64,000 nt of DNA from NCBI RefSeq assembly GCF_000150275.1, contig NW_002060944.1, forward strand, positions 2,270,152 to 2,334,151, in the 5' to 3' direction. Below are positions 18,137 to 29,989 of the stretch, piece by piece. Source of the DNA: Trichoplax adhaerens (Eukaryota > Animalia > Placozoa). The notes under the pieces were generated by a model. It searched no databases. It saw nothing but the letters and a program-made list of their open reading frames with translations, and was not told the DNA's origin. The position numbers were made by a program, and so were the translations under genes. The first letter of the stretch is position 1. Every line of letters begins with the position of its first letter.

Positions 18137-21100
18137 ATGTTTCAATCTGGAAATCAGTTTACTCTTACTTACTTTTTGGTATCGATTGCCTTGTATTCGA
18201 TTTCAACATATGGGCAAGTAACAAATAATGCAACAATCCAAAATAATCAATCAGAAAAATCTTGCTACGGACAAGATGGTGCAGCAATTGGGTGCTATCC
18301 ACCATTTCAGAACGTTGCTCTGAATAAAATTATGTTTGCTTCTGATACATGTGGTCAACCACCTCGTTCTTACTGTGTTCGTGATAGTGAAAATTCAAAT
18401 CGCCAGTGCTTTATTTGTAACGCCAGTAATTCAGCTACAAGCCATCCAGCTCAATACTTAACTGACTCTGCACGCACATCAACATGGTGGCAATCTAATA
18501 CCTACGCGATAATTGGCAATCCAAATTCAGTGGTGTTGCAGTTTTTACTGAATAAAACATTTGATATTACTTATATTATAATTTATTTTCGTAGCATGCG
18601 TCCAGAATCGTTACAAATCGATAAAAAAACGACATTATCTTCGCCATGGCAAACTTACCAGTACTTTTCTCAATCATGCACTAAAACGTATAATTTACCA
18701 GTTAGTGAAATTCGCAAATCGACATTCGCTACAAACAAAACCAAAGTAATCTGCGTTCAAGGCAGTACGGAAATTACACCGTTCACAGGTGGTACGATTA
18801 CCTTCGATGCCACAGCTGGGCGGGCCGAAACACGGGCAGATTTTCTACAAAACCCAGAGTTGTCTGATTGGGTAACTGTTTCAGCGTTAAAAATCGAATT
18901 ACGTCGATTAAATACTTTTGGTGATGATAATTTTGGCGATGAAAATAGCTATTTCTACGCAATATCTGACATTGTAGTCGGCGGAAGATGTAAGTGTAAC
19001 GGTCACGGCGCTTCATGCTATTACGATAATAGTAATACATTAACTTGCAGATGTCAGCATAATACTCAAGGCAGAGACTGCCAAAGCTGCCAAAGTAAAT
19101 TTAATGATCGACCATGGGCCGCCGCAACAGATTCGGAAGCTAACGAATGTATTGGTAAGTGTTTTACGTACACCCACATATATCATCATAAATCTGATAA
19201 ATATTGTAGCTGATTACATTATGAGCAATCATTTAAAATGTAATTGATTAAATGATAATAACACGTTGTCCCAAATTTACTAGCAAAGTGAAGCTATCAC
19301 TATTTTGTAGATATGGTCGTTAATAGTATTTAATAAATTAAATATTAATAGCTTAGCTAGAATTTTCACCCTAAGAACTTGCTCGTAACTAAAAATTTTT
19401 TTTAAACCAAAGAGTGTAAATGCAATGGTTTAGCTGAAAGTTGTAACTTCAACCGAACGTTATACGAAGCTACGGGTAGTGGTGGAATATGTGTTGGGTG
19501 TCGAAATGGCGCAACAGGCATAAATTGTCAAAAGTGTCTATCTGCATACTATCCTATTGATAGAAATGACCCATCGAAAGGTACTTTTGAAATTATTATT
19601 AACAAACGTATCAAAAATTAAAATTGATCACGGTGTAACTTATGTCATTATTCATTTATAATCGTTTAGCATATTACCGATAGATCCTAAAAAATTGTAC
19701 TAGCAGGGATCATATTTTGATTAATCTCGCTTGCTATTAGTAAAGATATAAAAGACTAAGGTTTTTTATTCCAATGTAGGATGCCAAAATTGCAGTTGCA
19801 ATGCCGTTGGGTCTCTCAATTCTGTATGTGATTCGATGGGACGATGTCGCTGTAAACCCGGTGTAGCTGGCGATAAATGTGATCGCTGTCAAGCTTTTTA
19901 TTACAATTTTACATCAGCGGGCTGTAGGTAATTTATGTGTATAAATGTACTACAGTGCTTGGTAATATGAAACAAATAAAGAGGAACAATTTCATTTACG
20001 TACATTAAAATAGAATTCAGAACTGTTATTGTAATATTATAAATAAATTATTAACTTTCCTCTTATTCTTAGCTCATGTGATTGTTCAGAAGCTGGGACC
20101 AGGGCAGATAGTAGTGATTGCGATAAAATCACAGGCCAATGCCAATGCAAAGTTAACGTTATTGGAAAACAATGTGATAGATGCATCACCTCACATTTTG
20201 CTCTCTCGGTTGATAATCCTGAAGGTTGTCAGAGATGTTTTTGTTTTCAGCATGGTACTGAATGTCTCTCAGCCTCCAATTACAAACAAAGTATGATCAA
20301 ATCTGATTTTCAGCAAGGGTTTGATGGCTGGCGAATAACGGACGATAAAGGAAGAATCATCGTAGGAGATTTTCTAGCATTTAACTGGACGATAGGATCA
20401 GTCTCAGCTACAGTCGTTAGAGCTGATTCGCCTTTAGCTTACTTTTATGCTCCTCTAAAATTTCGCGGCGATCAGCGTTACTCCTACGGTAAAAGTTTAA
20501 GAATTAGCATCAGTGCAACTGCCCCTAACACCACTTCCTTCATTCTAACATCACTAGATGTTCAGATATTAGGAGGTATCGGGAATTCCAAGCGCCTTGT
20601 TTCTTCATCATTAAGCAGAGTCAACCAAAGTCAAATATTACCTTCTAATCAAATAAGATGGTATGATTTACGATTGCATGAAGGTCCGACATACGGTTGG
20701 TCTCCATCCTTATCGTCCATCGAATTTCAAAGTATTTTATACAATATCGAACAAGTTATCATTATTGCCAAATTTTCTGGTCTTCTTAATTCCGTAGTCA
20801 GACTACATAATGTAACACTACAATCAGCAGAATTAATCAATAATCAAGAACTTTCCTCATCATACATATTAGCTAATTACGTGGAGGAATGTACCTGTGC
20901 AAAGCCTTATGGAGGCTTGTCCTGTCAATTATGTGCAGATGGTTACAGGCGTGATCAATTTGGTGGAACGGTTTATACGGAGTGTGTTCCTTGTCAATGT
21001 AACAATCAAGCTGCAACATGCAATACTACTATGTGTCACTGCCTCAACCATACAGCCGGAACATTTTGTGAGAATTGCCAATCAGGCTATTACGGTGAGG

Positions 21101-24100
21101 CCACAGATGGTGGTTTCTGTAGTCGTTGTCCATCAGTGTGCAACCTTAGTAAAGTGGGAGCGGGTGGTGAATGCTTGAAAGACGATCAGAATAAAATCAT
21201 TTGTACTAACTGTCGTAGAGGATATGCTTACCCGCAATGCATACACTGTAGCGACGGTTACTATGGCGATCCTGCCGGTATTCGCGGCGTAGTAACTCCA
21301 TGTCAACAATGTCAATGTAATGGTAATATTGATCCGAATGCTGTAGGAAATTGCAACAGAACTACAGGAGAGTGTTACAAGTGCATTTATAATACTGAAG
21401 GATTTTATTGTCAACAGTGTCTGATTAATTATTACGGAAATGCTCTGTCACCCCTTAAAGGAAAACAATGTAAAGGTATCGCGTAGCCTAAAAATAATGA
21501 TTTACAGTTTACAGTTACATACAGCAGAGTAATGTATGGGTATTTTGTTTGAGTACTGCAGTATTAAAACCCCATTATGGGATTACATACGAGCATATGC
21601 ACATATAATCCATTATATATACATATATATCACATGCATGAAATAGCTTAGTCTGGATGCACGTTAAAAATGACTTATAATTAATTAGTTAATAACGATT
21701 ATAATCTTTGCCAATTCTAATTTATTTAGCCTGCAATTGTCATCCCTTTGGCACTAATTCATTCAGAAATGCTACTTCACCGTGCAACAGAATTACGGGA
21801 CAGTGCTCTTGTCGGAAAAATGTAATAAACCGAGACTGTAGCCAATGCAAGGCTAACTTCTGGGGGATTAATTCAGGAGAAGGGTGTATCTCTTGTAAGA
21901 ATTGCAGCAAAACAGGATCTGTAGGTTGCGATCAAATAACGGGTGACTGTCTTTGTAAGCCAAATGTTGGGGGCGAGCTGTGTGATAGATGTCTACATGG
22001 TTTTTATAATTTTTCCATTGAAGGATGCACAGGTAAAAATTTATACGATTGTAGTATACCATTCTATTGTAGACCTGTTCTACGGTTCGTTAACAATTAG
22101 CTAGCTCATATTGATACTATTCTGCTACGGTACTGAGTATTCATTATCTCAGTATGTTACAAATCGAAATTTGTAACAAGAAAAAAAGATTAAAACTATT
22201 ATAGAAACTATACACTATGAGTCTACAGTACTGTTAGGTTAGTCCTCCCTGACATTAACATACAGTACGGCTCGAGGTACGGACGATCTCTGATCGTCAG
22301 GAGCAACAGCAATAACACAACATTAGCCTATCTTAAATTAAACGTAACTGAACTCAAACTTTTTTGAAAAGTCAGTCAATTTATATAGAAAATCTACGTA
22401 AACATTAATTATAAGTTTTGTTATGTATCCAGCTGAAGTACGGTTTCTAACGTCTTGTCTTTAATTTACTATCTAACATATAACAAGTTTATAGATAATA
22501 TAAAACTATGCAGTTATCTATTGAAAATAAGTAAAAAAGTCATAGATAAATTATTTACATTACGCTATGTTACGGCAGCTACGCAAAAATTACTCCGTAA
22601 CACAAGACATTGGCAACTTTTACACTAATAATGTTGACTTTTCAAGCTTGTAGATGCGATCCCTTTGGAATTTATAATACTTCAAATGGAAGACAATGTT
22701 TCGAGAACGGAACATGTACTTGCCGATCGACCACCATTATAGGCGAGAAGTGTGATCAGTGTGTAATTAATCATCATTCTTTGCGAGTCTATTCGCCACA
22801 ACAGCCTTGTCAAGGTAGAAATACGTATACGAATATTCGAATTTTTATAGTATTTCTTTTCTTGTAATATTCTTAATTGAATGTATTAATCTTGTAATAA
22901 TTAAGTAACATTGTATGGGTATATCCCGTATACTAAAGCATGCTGAAGATATGCTTTAATATAGTATATTTTTACTGCGTAAAATACTAGAATGCGATCA
23001 ATGCTATGGTCAATTCGTAAAAACTTATGTCAACCAGCGGAGAACAGAGTTGCTAAATCTTCAAGAAATTATCGCTGTTTTATTATACAATCCTACATCA
23101 TTAATTAACGTCACCCAGTTCGAAATTAGAGTCGAAGCAGCTAATGGCAGCATTCAACAGTTATTAAACGCGATGCAGGTAGTCGTTCAACAAGATATCC
23201 AAATGTACACAACGTAAGTGAATGCTGTACTAGTTTCAGCAATTGTGAGCTTAGTAATTCAGACTCGTCTTTAGACTCTGAAAGTAACAGGTTTTATTTA
23301 GGTTATTCTTCGAGAACTGCACGCAGAGGCTAGTAATAGAACTGGTCTTATAACATAGATAACCCGTCTTATATACCGTAGACCAGAGACGCTTATCTTA
23401 TCAATTAGCTCGTACTGTACCGTATACTGACTGAATCACTTGCACAATTAGCAATCATATTATAAATACTGCCGTGTATGCAGGTATTTTTGTGTTTATT
23501 TAATTTACGTAAAATTGTTCATCGAGCCATATAATTAATTTCTTTTTGATCTGGCTAGCATATAGTGTAGCCAATCTATCTATTATTATATTTAAATAGG
23601 TAATATTATATGAAATTCACTTGCAGATTAAGCAAAATCCAGAACACGACTAATATTGTAAAAGATCGCACAGCGAAAACTCTGGAAGATGTAGCAGTAA
23701 CCGAAAATAAAATAAAAGTCATTCATGACGACCGAAATATGGTGCTGACAAGGTTTTCCACAATTAGTCAAATGATAGATAACAATTCGGCCTTACTTTT
23801 ATCCAATACTTCGTATCTAATGGATACTATGAGACAGCTAAGTACTAGTAGTGCTAACCTGACGGAGATAACAAACTTGGCTAAAAAAGCGAAAGAAATA
23901 TTATATACGAACGAAAAGACAGTTAACAGAATCGAACAACAAACACGAATCATAGAAGCAAATATTAACACCGGAGAAACTCGTATTAATGAGACCAATA
24001 AATTACAAAGTAACATTATAGCTGAAGTCGATACGCGAAACAATAGCATGATAAGTCTAGCATCTAAGACAAATGATGATCGAAATAAGGCGGAAATTGC

Positions 24101-25296
24101 CTATAATACTTCAAGCGCTGCCTTAAATATCGCACGAAATCATCAAGTAACTTTGGCTTCTATAAAAATTCTAGCCAACGTCTCAACTATCGAAGAACAG
24201 CTACGAATTGACAATATCTTACTCTCCGATTTACGGCGAAATAGATCAACAATTTTCAGTACGGCTTACGATTCCAATATCACTGAAGAAGTTCATAGAA
24301 AAACAGATCGGATTAATTTCAAATTAGATGAATCAACTATGATGCTATCTAGACTAGCGTATATATTAGCGCTTAGTGACAAAACATATTACGACATCTT
24401 AAAGACTGCAAAAGACAGTAATGTCACTGTAGATAAGGTGAGAGGAGTGATTGCCCTCTTAGAAAGTGCAGCAACTGGTTTACAAGTTAATATATCACTA
24501 GCTCTAGAAAACATACCAGAACTAGCAACAACTGTCGGTATAGCGGAGAAAGAAATTAGCTCAATACAAAATGGGTTAGTACAAGCATATGATTACTTAG
24601 ACCAATCTATGCGGAGAATACAAGCAACAGTAGAGATAATTGCTCGAGAAAATCAGGTATTTATATGTCGCATTATTTTCATAATCTTCACGATTATATT
24701 TTTCGTCGATATCTCATTTAATCGTGCTATTTATAAAATGTATTAACAAATTCATTTTTTATGTATAGACAACCGTCAGTTATGAGCCTGATGCTTCCTC
24801 AGTGTTAAGTAATACGTCTGAATTAAGAACAAAACTCGATAAGTTAACTGGCGAAATTCGGAAACTAGCAGATCAGATCAGTCAGTTAAGAACTAGTCAA
24901 GCATCCAAACAAGAAGAAGTAGAAGAAATTATTCGAGGGTGTAACGCTGATAGTCAACAAAAGAGAGAATTAGATAACCGTTTAATATCTGGCAATCACG
25001 AGTTAGACGATATCGAAAAAAATTTAGCAATAGCTGATAACTGGAATAGCTCCAATTTAAAGGACTATTTGCAACGCATTAATACATTATCTCAACAACT
25101 AACTAGGGCAGATGCACGTATTCAAACTTTAAGCCAAGAAAAAGATAGGTTAGATGCCATTACAGAAAGAGCGTTTGTTTCGCTAGCAGAGCTGCGTATA
25201 CATTACCAAGCCATTAATCAAGCTCAAGCTTCATTATCTCCTATCTGTATTAACTTTCCTATCATTGCTGAAGATCGTCAGGTTCAGGGCCAATAA
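18137..25296 (+). CDS. LAMC1: Laminin gamma chain (signal peptide, LN, LE repeats with L4 insertion, coiled coil)
   Basis: LN end RLNTFGD...YFYAISDIVVGGRCKCNGH. About 11 LE repeats, an L4 domain (YFYAPLKFRGDQRYSYG), the NIDPNAVGNC motif and a long heptad coiled coil ending in a Cys-containing tail. ATG at 18137, TAA at 25294-25296. The symbol stands for the pro-orthologue of vertebrate LAMC1/2/3. Confidence 0.93.
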
Positions 25297-26829
25297 AACA
25301 CCTGCTGACTTGCTGCATAATTCAAATATGCAAGTCCTCTTATTTTAGATGACGAAATGTGAGTCGCAAATTATCTGATGTATTTGCCTCTGCAATATTC
25401 AATTAGCTTGATAATTGTAATAAAATGAGTATATCGGTAGTAGGTTATATAGGATGCTTTCTTATGTGTTAATGTTATTCACGCGTACGAATGCAGCTGA
25501 ACATTTCAGTAGTTGCGCGTACTTATACTTATGCCTAAAGTCTATCTTAATCGTTACGGTTATGGAATCACGAACATACAAATAAATAACAGCTCGGGTA
25601 CGATAGCTGGAACGTGGTTATGACAGTAATGACAGATAAGAGATAATTAGGTCGTTCCATAATATTGTTATTATATAGTGTAACTCAAGTACTTTGAATT
25701 CGTTATATTATGTTCCTGGTATTTTAGTAAAATCTTACATTTTGCCTATGGTGTGTTATCTAAGATCTATAAACTTACCAAAATATCTACAATCATGTGG
25801 AAATCAGATTAAGGTCTCCCTCTAATGGAAAGTCTTTAGGTATATCTGATTTGAGCACGATTGTGATAATAGTATGATTTAATCCCTGCTACTAATTGCT
25901 TAATTACAGTATAACATATACATTACTTAGACGAAATTTTAAATTTATAATTCTCTTTATTATCTAATAAAATAACATTTAATGACACTTAGATATTTAT
26001 CCAGCGATAAATTACAATTAAACTCATCGAATAATTTCAATTTTCTTTATATCAATTAAGGAAGGGTTACATTTAATTTTACAAGTTTCTATTGGTTAAT
26101 CGTTTTTATAGTTCTATTATTTTATATAGGCTTACTAGAAGATTGGATTACAGAGATCTCTACATTTCTTTAACCGTAGATGTGAAATATTACTATTGTT
26201 TTTATTTTTGGGGGATAATTATAATTAAATGTAATAATCATATATGAATATACATCATTGAAAGGTTGATTATCTAATCGTTTAATTGAGAAGTAATGCA
26301 AAGTAATGATAATTAATCACAATAAATGTTTGAACCCAGTTGTATATCGGTATCTATATCTATACTGCTAATCAAAATTATACCTGCCGTTCTTTGTGCA
26401 GTTATGGAGTACTAAAACTACAGGACGAGTTTGAGGAGATAATCTCTACGGCGAAATAACACTCGAGTCCATTTCTTGTATTGTACGGCTTACTGTAGGC
26501 TATAAATATAAATTATTATAGAAATGCGGTAATTATAATTTCACTTTAACGTTCAAATCATGAGCGGATATTCCTAATTTTAAAGCTTATGAAATGCGAG
26601 TTATTAATTTAATTTCTAATGGGATTATAACGGTAAAGCACTAAAGGATGCTTTGCATATATTCATTATAAGAAAGCTGAATACAGTAATGGTTAGCAGC
26701 GTTGAACGGTATTTTTAAAAACATCGATCTTAGTCATAGGGCTCTTTTCGTCCGAATGCCATATTAAATGTTTAATCCAATGTTGGATTTAAGCACCTAG
26801 CTAGGCACCTTAATAAGCTTTAGCATTTC

Positions 26830-27160
26830 ACATACTGTATACTGTACGCGTTGATACTCACTACGGTAATGTACTGTACTATATTTGAACCTGGTAATTA
26901 ACAGACAGTACAGTACAGTACGGTACAGTACAGTATATTGTATGGTATTACTATAGTGAACCGTTCATTAATAATACAGTACAGTACTGTACTGTACATA
27001 CAGTACTGTACAGTACATTAATATTTCATTGCCCACCACCTTTGCTGGGGGAACTCAAACCTAGCAGTACTGCACTGTACTGTACAGTACAGTACAGTAC
27101 TGTACAGTACGTACTGTACAGTACTGTATAGTATTTTGAGTATCTAACATTGTACTGTAG
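26830..27160. repeat. Pentamer array upstream of POLR3H
   Basis: cagtacagtacagtacggtacagtacagta; ctgtactgtacagtacagtacagtactgtacagtac. Confidence 0.9.
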
Positions 27161-27240
27161 TATTTACTGCATAATAATAATAATTTTACCTCTATGATTT
27201 AACATTTGGTTAAGAGCGCTGAATTGCCTTAGTTGTAAAT

Positions 27241-29106
27241 ATGTTTGTTCTGTGCTGTATGAAAGATACCATTCGGATCAAGCCACATCTTTTTCGTCTA
27301 GATATACATTACGTCATTGAAGAACAGTTAAATAAAAAGTTTGCCAATAAGGTACCTACTTGACAGTACAGTGCTTTGAAATCACTAACTTTTTCACCAT
27401 TTGTTAGTGTCCTGCTACTACGTAAAATGTTGCCCAAACCTGCATAATTGATGTTGTATACGTTACAGTATTCTGTAAAACGAATAAATTTCCATCATGA
27501 TTCTGCTGTTACAGTAATAGAACTTATGAATGATTATTTGAAGTAAGATAGTAATAGCGACTGGTGCTACGGTTTCTCGTAGGTTGTTCATAATGTAGGA
27601 TTATGTATTGGGGTGTACGATATCCTCTCCATCAGCGATTCTTATGTTTTACCTGGTGATGGATCTTCATTTACATCAGGTAAAGCATTATATTAATTAA
27701 TGATAAAATGCACTGTAAATATCGTTATCCTTTCACTTTATTTGTTGCACGATTAGCAGGGTTTAATTCATTCATCTGAAATAGTTCGCGGAACTTGCTA
27801 TGAGACATCGTAAATTCTTTCACCTTCTGTACTCGTACTTCGTACAGTTATTGTAGTATTTAAATTAACATAAACGCTCGGCAAGGCAAGAATTATAAAG
27901 ATGCATAATTACACCTGTCGTTTGCAATGCACTACGAAATGCTACATTTGCAGATGCAATCGTGCTACTGTACAACCGGACTGTGTATTGTATATATTGT
28001 CGAAGCTTGGTATGTGATTACTAAGTATACTTTCTACTTACAGTACTTTTTATAATATAATTGATGGCGGAAAATTGCAGTAAACTGAATCGCAGCAATG
28101 CGTTTGTTTGATATTTAAATATACATGTATATATGTATTAATTAATTATGCAGGTTATCCGGCGGAGGATAGGAGGTAGTTAACTTGCTTATTTGCTTTA
28201 TAGTAAAGTTTAGGTATATTGTTTTCCGCCCTTTCAAAGATGAAATTCTGGTTGGTAGGCTACGTAGCTGCAATCAGGAAGGAATTCATGGTACATATTA
28301 TATAATTTATAATTGTAAGATGACTTCTGATCTGAGCATATGCATATAAAGTGTATTGATGGTCAGTTGTACGCGTATTTTGTAGTTCAGTGAATTATTC
28401 TATAAAGCATCCTAAATATGAGTATATGAATATCAAATATATTCACTGTATGATCCTGATTAAATGGTTCAATTCAATTTAAAAAGTAAACTTGTTATGT
28501 TATTTTAGTCTCTTTAGAGTTCTTTGATGAAGTATTTATTCCTCGCGAGATGCTGCAACATCCATCCAGATTGTATCCTAATATTTTTTCGCTTAATTTA
28601 CGGCAATAATTTAGAACCTCTCTGTGTGTACACTTTAACGAAAAATCATTTTTCACTTATTAGTACTATCGCTTTCGTATTACGATATTCTTACGTTGTT
28701 AAGTTATTGCTTAAATCGAAAATCAGCGACTACGAAGAGCAGCTATGGTTATGGGAGTATCAGACTGAAAATCGTATTCATGACCTTTTTATGGATGTAA
28801 ATAAGGAAGTTAGATTTCGCGTTGTTGACCATATCTTTGCTGATAGTGCTCCAGTATCTGATACTGCTCAAAAGGAAGATAATGAAAATGAAAGTTATGA
28901 CTGTAGTAAATCGCCTTATACAATTATAGTAAGTGACTTTTCGTTCGGTATAGTGATAACTTTTAATGGATGGGAAAGCAATTCACAAAATTCAGTTTTC
29001 GAAAATTAAGTAATATTTGAAATTTAAATTATCAAATATATTGTACTATACATAGGGCACCATCAATCATCCCGGCTTAGGTTTAGTGACTTGGTGGAAC
29101 AATTGA
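27241..29106 (+). CDS. POLR3H: RNA polymerase III subunit RPC8/C25 (6 exons)
   Basis: [15 protein letters not shown]...LNKKFANK|[13 protein letters not shown]...PGDGS|[18 protein letters not shown]|[11 protein letters not shown]|[11 protein letters not shown]...HDLFMD...VRFRV|[16 protein letters not shown]. Confidence 0.93.
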
Positions 29107-29989
29107 TGCCGTAAATACGCTAACAAACTCTTGTGCTTCAGTCTAACTGTAGCTTGATAGAGACACTCTAATTGCTTTATGTACTATTTCTACTCGCATG
29201 AGACTTCTATGCCCTTAAACATACCAACAATCAAATGATTTTAAACAAAGATTTTTATGCATAGTATTTTAAACATCAGCATCAGCCGTGGGGTGAACAT
29301 CTTACTTTTTTTACCTAAAGATGAATTCGATCTTCGATCCTATTTACTAATCGTTTCATAACGTCATAAAATTACTGCAGCTCATTTATAATTTGTATAA
29401 TAAGATATATTACAGTATATTCTAAAGTACTACTTAGCTATTTTTTTTCGAATAAAGGTTATATTAAATCGATTTTAAAGCCCAAGAGAAATCGTAATAG
29501 TTAATTATTAACAACGCAATTATTCTTCCAGCGGTGGATCTTGAGGTTGGCCCGTGACACTTTGCATAAAATGCAACTTGCGCTTTGCCACTAGTTAATT
29601 GACTTTATTGAAGCTTGAACTGTACATACATTAGCAGAGTAATGTGATTGTGTAAAGCAATGCCGAAGAAGTCTTCGGACTCTCCCTTTATGAGGTTGTA
29701 GTTGTAACAGTAACGGATCGTTTTGTATCATAGTAGTGTCGTACTATACAGATGTTTAAGTTTACTAAATTGCTAGACACGACACAGGCAAGCACTTTGA
29801 TAATGTAACATATTGATAATTTGTAATTTATCATTATACTGTAACTTATAACTTATCTACTATAATTATAATTATCAGACATGAACACTACATTGCGGTT
29901 CATATTTTATTATATTAGCGTAACGATACACATTTCAATGATTATTCGCGGCACTTCCACGAGTTAATAATGAAGGTTATACATATTAC

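Noticed and set aside
18131-19213. Netrin call for the LN-domain ORF
   Set aside because: Downstream exons continue into L4, many LE repeats and a coiled coil, which is laminin gamma architecture.
25801-25852. Pre-miRNA-like hairpin downstream of laminin
   Set aside because: Only 9 bp are perfect, with an irregular inner stem. Compatible with chance.
26830-27160. Pentamer arrays as CRISPR-like or satellite DNA
   Set aside because: No constant repeat with unique spacers. The arrays are short, dispersed and of mixed orientation in a eukaryotic context.
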